Under the pieces are notes generated by a model that was not told where the DNA came from, ran no database searches, and worked only from the letters and a program-made list of their open reading frames with translations. A stretch of DNA of 63,754 nucleotides, filler included, from Octopus bimaculoides (Eukaryota), in NCBI RefSeq assembly GCF_001194135.2. It is 4 parts of 3 records of this genome, joined end to end, with 100 filler letters (N's around TTAATTAATTAA, not from the genome) between each part and the next. Parts side by side here need not be neighbours in the genome. Positions count along the whole stretch, not along the records: positions 41,901 to 61,602 come from NC_068995.1; positions 61,703 to 63,754 come from NC_068995.1; 2 more parts are not named here. The stretch is one strand, 5' to 3'. This document shows, one piece after another, positions 52,730 to 63,754 of this stretch. How positions within the stretch are numbered: the stretch's first letter is position 1; each line of letters opens with the position of its first letter. A program made the translations under genes and the position numbers.

Positions 52730-53030
52730 GTGCATTCCAGAAGTTTTCAAACTTTTGAAGGGGTGACATTTATTAAGTCCAAAGAAGTACAAAACTCTAA
52801 TCTCCTTGAAAGTAGGATACTCTGATTCGAATGCACTTGTTGCAGCGCTCCAGTCATTGCGTGAAGGGCCTATGGAAATTCTCCAAAGTGAAGATGCCTA
52901 GGACTCTTGTCATAATATCTTTCATCTTCAGAACGACTGCCTCTTAGGTTTCTTTCAGCTTGAGGAATAACCAAATATCAGAGGGAGCAAAGTTTGGATG
53001 GGTGAGGGACAGTTTTGTCTCTACAAGTAG
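52730..53030 (-). mobile_element. 3' end of a mariner transposase, abutting the previous element
   Basis: PNFAPSDIWLFLKLKET (YSPDLAPSD-like) ... LERCNKCIRIRVSYFQGD*. Confidence 0.8.
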
Positions 53031-53362
53031 TTGCTTCAAGTATGCTCATCCCTGAAAACAAACTGCACAACATTTGCACATGTTCAGACCTTCATGAATA
53101 ATTCTGTGTACAGTTGCCACCCCAACTCTAACTGTAAACTTATCGTCTTTATAGATACACGAAATCTTTATTCAGAAAACTTCAAAATTTTCTCTACCAG
53201 CTCTGATGTTCTCATGCCATTCTCCCTCCCACACCGCTAATCATGTCTCACCTCCTTTCTACTGTCCTTGAATCTCTTGTGCTAGCGAAAAATTTAATCA
53301 TGAGCAGTCTGGAGTATTTCCCATGTTTCTGTAGCATTTCCCCCCAGTTTAATGCAGTTTAA

Positions 53363-53790
53363 GCAGGAGTGGCTGTGTGGTAAGTAGCTTGCTTACCAGC
53401 CACATGGTTCCGTGTTCATTCCCACTGCGTGGCACCTTGGGCAAGTGTCTTCTACTATGGCCTCGGGCCGACCAAAGCCTTGTGAGTGGATTTGGTAGAC
53501 GGAAACTGAAAGAAGCCCGTCGTATATATGTTGTTATATATATGTATGTGTGTGTATATGTTTGTGTGTCTGTGCTTGTCCCCACAACATCGCTTGACAA
53601 CCGATGGTGATGTGTTTGCGTCCCCGTAACTTAGCGGTTCGGCAAAACAGACCGATAGAATAAGTACTAGGTTTACAAAGAATAAGTCCTGGGGTCGATT
53701 TGCTCGACTAAAGACGGTGCTCCAGCATGGCCGCAGTCAAATGACTGAAACAGGTAAAAGAGTAAAAGAGTAAAAGAGTAAAGAGTAAAC
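53363..53790 (+). mobile_element. Full-length, well-preserved CORE-type tRNA-SINE
   Basis: tRNA-like head (gagtggctgtgtggtaag...ggttccgtgttcattcc), CORE-like ggcaccttgggcaagtgtcttct, internal (TA)/(TG) tract, and (gtaaaaga)n tail. CORE-SINEs are known from octopus. Confidence 0.92.
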
Positions 53791-53915
53791 TGTTTCCTCC
53801 AATCAGCAAGTTAGCTTATTAGATGTATACTAATGACATGCAAAATGATTTACTAAAATTACAATAATCTAGAATAGGTATAATTGCAACTCGTAAAAAT
53901 ATCTGAAATGCATCT

Positions 53916-53958
<43 letters not shown>

Positions 53959-54779
53959 GTATGTGTGTGTAAATTCAACCGTTCCTCATTATGGTGATTG
54001 ATAAATTTACAAGGGATATAAAATCCAAGACAAGTATATATCACTGAAAGTAAATGATTTAGATTAGATTAAGCGGGATTAGAAAGTAATTCCTAATATC
54101 ATTTCACAGGATGCTTCCATTTACCACGTACCATATAGATAATTGCTGGTACAAATATATATAAGCAATATAAAATAGCAATTTATCATTGTTCTTCTAT
54201 AGTTTGTGGACTATCATATAACTAGATTCTATGTGATATAATCCTTACTCAGAAAATGATAAGAGTCAAAGATATGCGCAATAATTCTCAAGTGGCCTTT
54301 GTTAAATGTCAATCCAAATAAAATATCTAATGAAACCTTACTTTTCAAATGTTTTGATTTATTCGTTTGTAATAAGGTAGGCAAAACCCATTTAATATCA
54401 ATGGAAAGCTCTTCCGACAAATCGCAAAAGACATTTTAATTATTGTAATAGATAAAGTATATCTCCTTGAATATCATTAACTAGTGTTAGTCAACTGGAA
54501 AAGCAATTATGTATATTTAATTTGCTATTTTTGACGGTAAGTAAATGAAAGAGTAAAATACTGCTGTAAGGTGAAAGATAAACCAGCTCTTGTTCATGCC
54601 GAGGTCTCGTAGCATTAAGTTTACTTCATCATAAATTATTTCTTTTTCGTTCTTTGAACGAGGTAGTGACAGATTGTTTCTTAACAACTGTGATTGTACT
54701 CATACTATACTGGTGAGGTATTTTCAGTATAGAATTTGCAACAGTTTCAACTTGACCTCAAATAACATGAATGATACAG

Positions 54780-55400
54780 ATTAATGGATTAATGTCTGGG
54801 TGTCGTATAAAATCAGAATACAGTTTTGCACTCTTAGGCTGGAGCATCGCTGAACATTTCTCATCATTTCACTGATGTGTGCGGAACCAGACCATCGAAA
54901 TTGAGATATATCTGTTTTCTTTGACATAATCTTCATAAGGAAAATTCTCTAACTAGTGGTTGAAAGAATTCAGAAACGTTTATCGATATTCAAACAATTT
55001 TGGGATATCTAATTTATGTTTTGTAATGGAAATCGCGTAGCACCTATGAACCCATAATTAACGAATTATAAATCTGTTCTCAAGATTTCATGTGATTCAG
55101 CACCACAATTCTAAATGTATCTCAACATCTTTATATTACCAACAGACGATCTCACTACACATGAAAAGGAGAAAGAAATTGTGATTGGGGATAGATTTCA
55201 GCCTCATAATGGGAAACACAGATAGCTTGATGAGGATGCAATAAATCCAACGATAATTGAGATCTGAGTTTCAATTGTTTTCTTTTTTGTTTAGATCCAA
55301 ATGGCTTAACTAATTAGATTTAGTAGCCTGGACAGATTGCTTAATGATCCTCAGTATCAAATTTCATTTCTGTTGCTATTGAGACTAATCAAACCAAATT
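54780..55400. pseudogene. Paralogous non-repeat segment B
   Basis: Colinear with 49990-50830. Plus-frame pieces SETFIDIQTILGYL and EKEIVIGDRFQPHNGK, with stops. Confidence 0.5.
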
Positions 55401-55794
55401 TTGTTATAATTCTTTATAATACGATGTGATTTATATCTTTTCGTAAAGTTGTGTCTCTGAGTGAGCTGTATTAAACTTTTTCAAATCTGCATGTGTTATA
55501 GTAACAAAGTTTTTCCTAAAACACATACTGCTTAGTTTTGTAGAATATATGACACCTGAAATTTTTGTTTTTACTTGTTCTCTCAGAAAACTACCATTAT
55601 TCCCTATCACAGCAGCCTTCCATTCGTCATCACATTCATTATCATCGATCCCATCTTCCCAAACATCACCTGCAACATCTGCTGTCACTCTTATTATCAA
55701 TATTATCACTATAGCTGATAACAACACCACCAGCTGTATTTGTGCTTTAGGTAATGGATATGTGTGTGTTTTAGGATAATGGATACACACACAC

Positions 55795-55945
55795 ACACAC
55801 ACACATCACACATATATATATATAGAGAGAGAGAGTGAGTGAGTGAGAGAGAGAGAAAGAGAGAGAGAGAGAGTGAGAGAGAGATAAAGAGAGAGAGAGA
55901 GAAAGAGAGAGAGAGATAGTGAGAGTGAGAGAGAGAGAAAGAGAA
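55795..55945. repeat. (CA)/(TA)/(GA) compound microsatellite
   Basis: Direct reading. Confidence 0.9.
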
Positions 55946-56580
55946 CAGCTGAACTGAAAGCTCTTCTGAAGTCATAAGCAGCAGATCGTACAGAGATATT
56001 TCAGTTGAGTAAAAGGACATGTGGACATAAATCTCATCTGTTCACTTGAAACTATTCTTCTATGGTTTAGAGCAAACCACACGAAAATAGAATTTATCAT
56101 TTCCAAACTAAAAGTTGTCGAAGTTTCTCTTATCAGTTGACTCTCTTACGCTGTTACTAATTTAATCAGCCTTGCTTCGGGACATACCACTGCCTTCTGT
56201 CATTTACATTAGAAAACAAGAACAAAGCAACAATCACACGAAGACTAAAGGAACTATCACCTTATTGCTATGAACTCATCACTGCTGCCATTTAATTAGC
56301 AACCTCTTCAATATGAGGAATCAGGGATCCTCTGCCTGGTTGCTCGATCTGCTAGAAATAACAGCTTAATCTCCTTCAAATCACACCTTGCCCTCTTAAA
56401 AAATACCATTTTCAGGGTATTCGGGCTAAATTTGCTTGTTTGTATTAAAGGCAAAAAACAAAACAAAAAAACAACAAAAAAGCAAAAACAAAAAAACCCA
56501 AAGCACACACTTATCCCCAAATATAAATATTTTAAGATATCAAAAAATATCAACTAGATTATGGCTGAGAGATAACGGTT

Positions 56581-57215
56581 TATTCAAAGTATCTGCTCTC
56601 AGCTTCCAATACGACCTCAAGTCAGCTCCGTACTTGGCACATGCGTTCCTCACTGTGTTATTGGGAAGATCTTCGAACACCTATTTGAAATTGGCTACCA
56701 GCTCGGCTTTGATGTTGTAAGCAGAACTGCTTGTGTTTTTCTCAAACGCACCCCACAGATAGTTATACATGAGATTACAATCGGGGGAATTAGGAAGCCA
56801 GGAATTGGGGCTGGTGAAATTGTAGAAATTCTCCGACAACCACTACTGATTCTTTCTGGAGGTATGGCAAGGAGCTGAATCCTGTTGCTACACATATGAC
56901 CTTCCAGCAGCAACCCTCACCAGCCAGAGTTTGACCATAATCTCCAGCAGCTTAATAGAGCCGTCTGAAATGAGCCTTAGGTTCTGTTCAAAGATGTGGG
57001 GCAGCATGACGTCACCCTCACTGAAGACACACCCTCACTGGAGACACACCCCAAAACCGCCTCAGTTCGGTAGAACTTGGGTTTCACGATACGTGGGACA
57101 TCATATGGATTGTGGAAAGCAATCTGATGTTCTGGGTGTTGTGCAACTGGTCCTGGAAAAAGTTCTTTTTCTCTGTGAAAAACCAGATCATCCCCGGCTC
57201 AACAGAATCACTCAT
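56581..57215 (-). mobile_element. maT/DD37D-like transposase pseudogene (catalytic half)
   Basis: EPGMIWFF.EKKNFFQDQLHNTQN ... VLGCVSSEGDVMLPHIF ... YV*QQDSAPCHTS ... WLPNSPDCN ... WGAFE. Includes a 17-bp tandem duplication at about 57014-57047. Confidence 0.85.
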
Positions 57216-57224
57216 CAAGCGGTT

Positions 57225-57430
57225 CTCCTTGTGTGTCTTTGTGTCTTTGTTTGTGTCCGACACCACGTACCAACCGGTGCTGGATTGTTTACGTCTCCGT
57301 AACTTAGCAGTTCCTCAAAAGAAGCCAGACATAAGTAAGTCCTGGGGGTCGATTCATTCGACTAAAAATTCTTTAATTCCTCAGCAGGGCCACAGTCAAA
57401 TGACTGAAACAAATAAAAAATAAAAGAGAA
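57225..57430 (+). mobile_element. 3' half of CORE-type SINE
   Basis: gtaacttagcagttc...gtcctgggggtcgattcattcgactaaa...cagtcaaatgactgaaacaaataaaa. Confidence 0.8.
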
Positions 57431-57433
57431 AAG

Positions 57434-57462
<29 letters not shown>

Positions 57463-57465
<3 letters not shown>

Positions 57466-57835
57466 TCTTTTACTTGTTTCAGTCATTTGACTGTGGCCGT
57501 GCTGGAGCACCGCCTTTAGTCGAACAAACCGACCCCAGGACTTATTCTTCGTAAGCCTAGTACTTATTCTATCGGTTCCTTGTGCCGAACCGCTAAGTTA
57601 CGGGGACGTAACTACACCAACATCGGTTGCCAAGCGATGGCGGGGGACAAACAGACAAACACACACACACACATATACGACGGGATTCTTTCAATTTCCG
57701 TCTACCAAATCCACTCACAAAGCTTTGGTCGGCCCGAGGATATAGTAGAAGACACTTACTCAAAGTGCCACGCTTTGGGACTGAACTTGGAACCATGTAG
57801 TTGGGAAGCTAGGTTCTTACTACACAGCCACTCCT
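57463..57835 (-). mobile_element. Full-length CORE-type SINE, tail-to-tail with the previous copy
   Basis: Reverse complement of the 53363 family. Confidence 0.9.
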
Positions 57836-58049
57836 GCGTTACACACACACACACACACACACACACGCACGCACATACAAACGTAGAGCGTTGGAATGAG
57901 TGGTCAACACCGCGTTGGTGGATAAATAATTTCTTTATTTGTGAATTAAAGCTACCATTGGTTTCATGTTAAGAAGAGTGGGAAGATGTCCAAGTATCTT
58001 AACAATTTTTCAAGCCGATCACATGGAGAAAGGTGTTCGCCTCCATTTT

Positions 58050-58611
58050 GGAAAACAATCTCGTTTCGTTCACGGGATTTCTCGTAAATTCACATAAGTA
58101 AAACAATGAATCAAGAGACCCTACTCTAGAAGGCATTTTTTGGATTTTGTCTCCCTTGGATTTGTCTTTTCGGTAAATTTCTTAATTTTTTGCATTCTTT
58201 GTATGATCTTATCCTGGGCATGGTGTTTTGGACTTGTATGTTGGAACTTGCTTCTTCTTTGTGTGGAGTGTGTGACATTTCTTCTTTGTTGTATGAAATT
58301 TGTGTGCTATGTGTGTTCACGTATATGGAGAGGCTATCCTGGTAGTGTTGCCCTCGTTTATAGGGGGTCTTCTTTAAAGTATTTGAGTGTAAAATATTGC
58401 TAGGGAGAGAAGGTTTCATCCCTAATGTTTAAGATGTTGTTTGTTGATTAAATAATATTTGATGTTTCAGTAATGCAATAATGCCCCGTCCTCTGTATTT
58501 TTTGGCTTTAGCAATAATTTTCCACTCTAGCAATAATTTTCCACTCTATCTTGGGTTGCTTATCTTATCTTCTTTCGATGCCCATATTATATTTGATAGG
58601 GATGTCGCATG
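58050..58611 (-). mobile_element. Penelope-like element 3' end (GIY-YIG C-terminus plus UTR)
   Basis: HATSLSNIIWASKED / EWKIIAKAKKYRGRG / LNIRDETFSP; 19-bp tandem duplication tagcaataattttccactc. The 3' UTR boundary is approximate. Confidence 0.7.
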
Positions 58612-59546
58612 TTTTTTGTTTTTGTCTCTGAGAGAGGGAGAGAGTGTCTATGTAAATATAAGGAGGGAGATAGAGGGAATGTTTATGTAAATACAAAGAG
58701 GGAGACAAAGGGAGTGACAGAGAGAAAGAGTGAGAGAGATAAAGGTTGAAGTATTTGGTGAGGGTAGATGCCAGCTCTAGAGTTCATTGCTAGAAGGTGA
58801 GGGAAAGAACGTCAGAGAATATTTTTTTTACCAGTAGCATTTGTGATAAAGTTAGGTAAAAGATTTCAATCAGAGTATAAGAGATCATCTATCCTCATAA
58901 TCCGGCGTATGAATGATTCCGGAGAGTGCAGCATCCTTTCATGCATTCCCGTTTATAATAAGCTCGTGACAGGATTGTCACTAAGCCTTTTATAAATCAT
59001 ACAATAATTAACTGGCTGCTGAAGAAGAATTTCTCATGTCATATTGTGCTGAGATTTGTGATATTCGCGTTAAATATTTTCGATCAATTTTCATGGTAAA
59101 TGTTACTTTATGGTACTTATACTCTTTTAATACCAACCAGCCTTAAACCATCGCTAGTTCTATGATATAAACTTAAATCTTCCTGCAAAATTTAATGTTA
59201 ATTTATGTTCTAAATACTAATTTAATGGTGACAGTTATTTTACTAAATTCTTCATTATTTTAAAAATTGATTGAAACTAAGGAAGTGTATTTCAACAAAA
59301 ATATGCTAACAAAAGGATTAATCTACAACCAGCTCCAATCAATGACACTATATCAACATTATCTAAAAGAGATATAAAAGGTAAAAGGGATAATTATTTT
59401 GTTAAGGGACATTACAAAATAGGATATGCTGTAATATTTTTTAAAAAATTGCCACCCTCTTACAAGGCAGTTACATTAAAACTGCAAACTTTCTGTACTA
59501 CTACTACTACTACTACTACTACACACATGCACACACACGCACGCAT

Positions 59547-59589
<43 letters not shown>

Positions 59590-60006
59590 CACATGGAGCA
59601 TGTATTAAGCTCATGTAAAATTTTACACAATGTGATTAACTTGTACTTTTTAACATTCAATTCTGCCAACTGTTACTGCCATCGATCAAGACTTAATTTC
59701 TACTTGTCATTAATGAGACAATTAAAGATAGGATAGGATATTTAAGATAATAATTCCTGTTGGATACCTCGAGGAAAATAGTGGCAAGTATTTTTTGATA
59801 TTATAAAATAAGTGAGAAATCTCCAGGATATCTGCGATAAGAGGAATCTAATGATTTTTAATTATGTGTAAATTATATTTAACAGCATGCAGTCAGGACA
59901 TTAGAAGACGCAGAAGAAAATGTCACGTACAACAACAACAACAACATACATATATATATATATATATATATGGTTGTGCGTCTGTGTAAGTCTGTATGTA
60001 TGTGTG

Positions 60007-60079
<73 letters not shown>

Positions 60080-60436
60080 ATACACATATATGTGAATCGA
60101 TATGTGTGTGCGCGCGTGTGTGCGCGTGTGTGTGTGTGTGTGTGTGCGTGTGTACTTATGTACATATATTTTACACACACAAGTCCTCCCACACCATTCA
60201 GGCATTGCGAGGAAGAACAGAATACCGTTCTAAAGTCCTTACAATATTTAATTACATCCTTTCTACAATCTGAACTCAAATATTATCGTGGTTGACTGAC
60301 TTTTCAACTCCTGGTTATGACCACCAACACTAATAACAGATTTCGGTTGAATGAATCTCTTCAGTAAATATTCGTTACTTGTCGAGTAAAAAAGGAAAAA
60401 GTGAAACAGTTATTAATTGATCTTAAGTCAATATAT

Positions 60437-60474
<38 letters not shown>

Positions 60475-60807
60475 GAATACGCACAATGACATGCAGGCAC
60501 GTGCGCACACCCAGACTCACACATCACAACGCAGATAATTTTCATAACAGAGAGGTGTCAGTCATTAATGATCCAAGCCGTGTCTAACTTAGCACCGCCC
60601 GATGAAATCATTGAAGTCATATTTTGGGGTAGCAGAACCCAGTCGATTAGGTCATTGTTATTGGCTGAAATGTATCTTAACTGCTGATAGGCTTCTACGC
60701 TAATTAAATTTAGTGAATGAGGCCGAGATGTTAATCATCGTATTGTTGCAGTGAGGTGATGAACGAAGCGTAAAAGTGATTTACACCAGCCAAAATGTGT
60801 ATGTCTT

Positions 60808-60930
60808 TACGTCGAGGTCGACTTTGCCTTTCATCCATTCGGATCGATAAATTAAGTACCATTTGCCTACTGGCGTCGATCTAATCGACTGTCTCCCCAC
60901 ACCAAATTTCAGGCCTTGTGCCTACAGTAG
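60808..60930 (+). mobile_element. 3' half of Meta/MESC-like SINE, followed by (ATT)n
   Basis: gaggtcgactttgcctttcatccattcggatcgataaattaagtacc. Confidence 0.8.
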
Positions 60931-60935
60931 AAAGG

Positions 60936-61004
<69 letters not shown>

Positions 61005-61006
<2 letters not shown>

Positions 61007-61216
61007 GGCGGCGAGCTGGCAGAATCGTTAGCACACCTGGTGAAATGCTTAGCGGTATTTCGACCGCCGTTACGTTCTGATTTCAAATTTCGCCGAGGTT
61101 GATTTGCCTTTCATCCTTTCGGGGTCGATAAATTGAGTATCAGTGAAACACTGGGACCCATGTAATGGACTAATCCCCTCCACCAAAATTGCTGCCCTTG
61201 TGGCAAAATTTGAAGC
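61005..61216 (+). mobile_element. Full-length Meta/MESC-like SINE
   Basis: aaggcggcgagctggcagaatcgttagc head; gcctttcatcctttcggggtcgataaa domain. Confidence 0.88.
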
Positions 61217-61224
61217 TATTATTA

Positions 61225-61529
61225 TCAGTAGTTTTATTTTTATAACGTGCTTTCACTTCACTACTGAGCGCAGCTCTGTGTGCCTTGGGTATGTGCTGTG
61301 GTTTGCTGTGATGCTCTTATGGTTACTGCATTGAAAGTGTTTTGCGTAGGATGTGTGCAGTGCCCAGTAGTGAAATTTTCTGTATGTTATATATATTTGT
61401 AAGTCCTGGTGTTGTTATGCATTTGTCTGAATATTTTTTTATTATACCTAAGGCACCTACTATGATAGGAATTCTTTCTGTTTTTAGATTCCACATTCGA
61501 GTTACCTCTATTTCCAGGTCTTTGCATTT
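61225..61529 (-). mobile_element. 5'-truncated R4/Dong-type element, same family as 1-359
   Basis: Minus strand KCKDLEIEVTRMWNLKTERIPIIVGALG...LLGTAHILRKTLSMQ* plus the same 3' UTR; flanked by (ATT)n on both sides. Confidence 0.9.
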
Positions 61530-61552
61530 ATTATTATCATCATCATCATCAC

Positions 61553-61602
<50 letters not shown>

Positions 61603-62238
61603 NNNNNNNNNNNNNNNNNNNNNNNNNNNNNNNNNNNNNNNNNNNNTTAATTAATTAANNNNNNNNNNNNNNNNNNNNNNNNNNNNNNNNNNNNNNNNNN
61701 NNACACACACACACACACACACACACATGCATACGCGCATACACGTTTTGCACTGTGAGAAGAGTCGTGGGAGAGCAATTACGACGTTCATTTCTCCGAG
61801 AAATTCCAGAAACGTTGCGTGAGTGGGGTTAGCAATTTCTTTTCATAGGAATGCTGCTATACTACCGGAACCACCCCATGACGGATCGATGCGAAGAATG
61901 GTACGAGACGGAAATAATGTTTGCTTCGTAACTTCGAGATTTCTAGATCGATCCCATTGCGTAGTATCTTGGACAAATGCAATTTATGTATAGCTTTGGG
62001 TAGACCCCATACTTGTGAGAGATACAGTGTAGGCAGAAACTGTACAGAATCCCGTTAAAAAGGATTATAATTGGAATTCAAAAGTGCCATTCTTCTCTTA
62101 TATACTGTGTCGGGCTAATTCTGCTTGAAAATTGCATGAAGGATACACATATCTTTAGAATACCCAGCTGCTTACACGTTAATTCAGGATTGCTCGGACA
62201 ATCGAATCCTCCATGTCGAACGACGGAGATCTGTCATA

Positions 62239-62292
62239 TTCGTTCTTTCGTTCGTTCGTGCGTTCGTTCGTCCGTTCGTTCGTTCGTCCGTT
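62239..62292. repeat. (TTCG)n tetranucleotide microsatellite
   Basis: Direct reading. Confidence 0.9.
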
Positions 62293-63373
62293 CCCTCCTT
62301 TCCTTCTTCCTTCGTTTCTTCATTCACTAGACTACATGTCCCTCAAGCTGGAGAAACCCTTCTCGCTCCTGGGTCCTGCATTACCAATATACGTCGGTTT
62401 TGACGTATTAGGAACCGACAACCTATACTTCCTTTGTCAATCAAAATGCTTGTGTTGAATGTGACATTTGAGTCCCACCAAGGGTTTGAAAAGAAGTCCG
62501 CAGATATTGCAAGGATGAGCTTAACGGGTCAGGGCAGGCGGTATATATGCAGCCCCTTTTCTCCTTTGCCTTGCACCCCTTAGCCCGTTAATGTTGGTTG
62601 AAACAAATGTTTCTTATACCGTTTTGACACGACGGCTTGCATTTTTTTTTTCGCTCCAAGGCTGTTTGCTCAAAAGATTCACACACACACACACACNNNN
62701 NNNNNNNNNNNNNNNNNNNNNNNNNNNNNNNNNNNNNNNNNNNNNNNNNNNNNNNNNNNNNNNNNNNNNNNNNNNNNNNNNNNNNNNNNNNNNNNNNNNN
62801 NNNNNNNNNNNNNNNNNNNNNNNNNNNNNNNNNNNNNNNNNNNNNNNNNNNNNNNNNNNNNNNNNNNNNNNNNNNNNNNNNNNNNNNNNNNNNNNNNNNN
62901 NATACATATATGCATATAACAATTTAACAAATTAAATTTTAATTTGTTATATGTATGCCATATTTCCTGTTGTTAGCCATGGTGGCAAAAATGTAAAAAT
63001 ATTATTGTAGCAATCAAGTGATATATTTATTTAAAACAGTTTTCTATAAATACTTAGTTTGGAGAATAACTTACTGAATAATGAAAAATAAAACCTTTAC
63101 GAAGGAACAGCTTCGTGTGAAGCGCCTGTGGAAAATAGTCGTTAAAATAAATATTAAATATTGCAGAGCTTTTTTACAGCCACAGCAAAATCTGTCATTT
63201 CCTCCGCCTCTGAATTTTTCCCTTCTTTCTCGTCCGCTATTGAGTAGTGTTCTTTTAACTCATTGCTTACCACCAAACGTTGTACGTGGTCTCTTCTTGT
63301 ACTTCTTGTGGTAACACTCTCCCTTTCTCTGCTTTACTTTCTCTCTCTTTCTCTCTCTTCATATGATGTGAAT

Positions 63374-63660
63374 CAGTGGTTCTCAACCGGGGTCCAGATG
63401 GCTCCTGAAGGATTTTAAGGACCCTGAAAAATTTTTGCTTTAGATGTAAGTATTGGTATGTATTGCAATAAACAGATTGGGTTCTTTCTCTAACATTTTA
63501 CATGATTCAACCTATACAAGTTAATGTGTGAAAAGCAAAATAGGAATTTTGAAAGAAGTTTCTATGAAGCTGCTTTTCAACATCGAATGGATATGGGGGT
63601 CCACAGAATATAAATAGCAACTGAAGGGGTCCACAGATAAAAAATGGGTGAGAACCCCTG
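63374..63660. mobile_element. hAT/Charlie-like MITE (287 bp)
   Basis: TIRs cagtggttctcaacc and gggtgagaacccctg; 8-bp flanks atgtgaat and atgtaaag (6/8 match) fit a degenerate hAT TSD. Confidence 0.85.
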
Positions 63661-63754
63661 ATGTAAAGCGTGACTGAAGAGTTCAACTAATAACCCAACC
63701 AATCAACCAACAAACATGCATACATATACATATACATATATATATATATATATA

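Overview
AT-rich, intron/intergenic-type eukaryotic DNA from a draft assembly with many N gaps. The very high microsatellite density and the SINE families resemble octopus (cephalopod) genomes; this is an inference, not a database result. I found no intact protein-coding gene, and nearly all ORFs in the track are microsatellite or N-gap artefacts. The window is a mosaic of decayed mobile elements: two tRNA-SINE families (CORE-type and Meta/MESC-like), RTE, Tx1/L1 and R4/Dong LINE fragments, Penelope-like fragments, Tc1, mariner, maT-like and DUF4817-type transposase relics, and two kinds of MITE. The most interesting signal is a tRNA-headed SINE whose 3' part folds into a minimal type I hammerhead ribozyme. 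It occurs as a head-to-head pair at 29.2-29.7 kb and a lone tail at 9.75 kb, alongside Penelope RT/GIY-YIG relics and a foldback element with a degenerate hammerhead. Non-repeat relics include a C-type lectin-like pseudo-exon (24.2-24.4 kb, minus strand), LRR-like traces, and a pair of diverged paralogous segments (about 50.0-50.8 and 54.8-55.4 kb). All alignments, folds and translations were done by eye and should be confirmed computationally.
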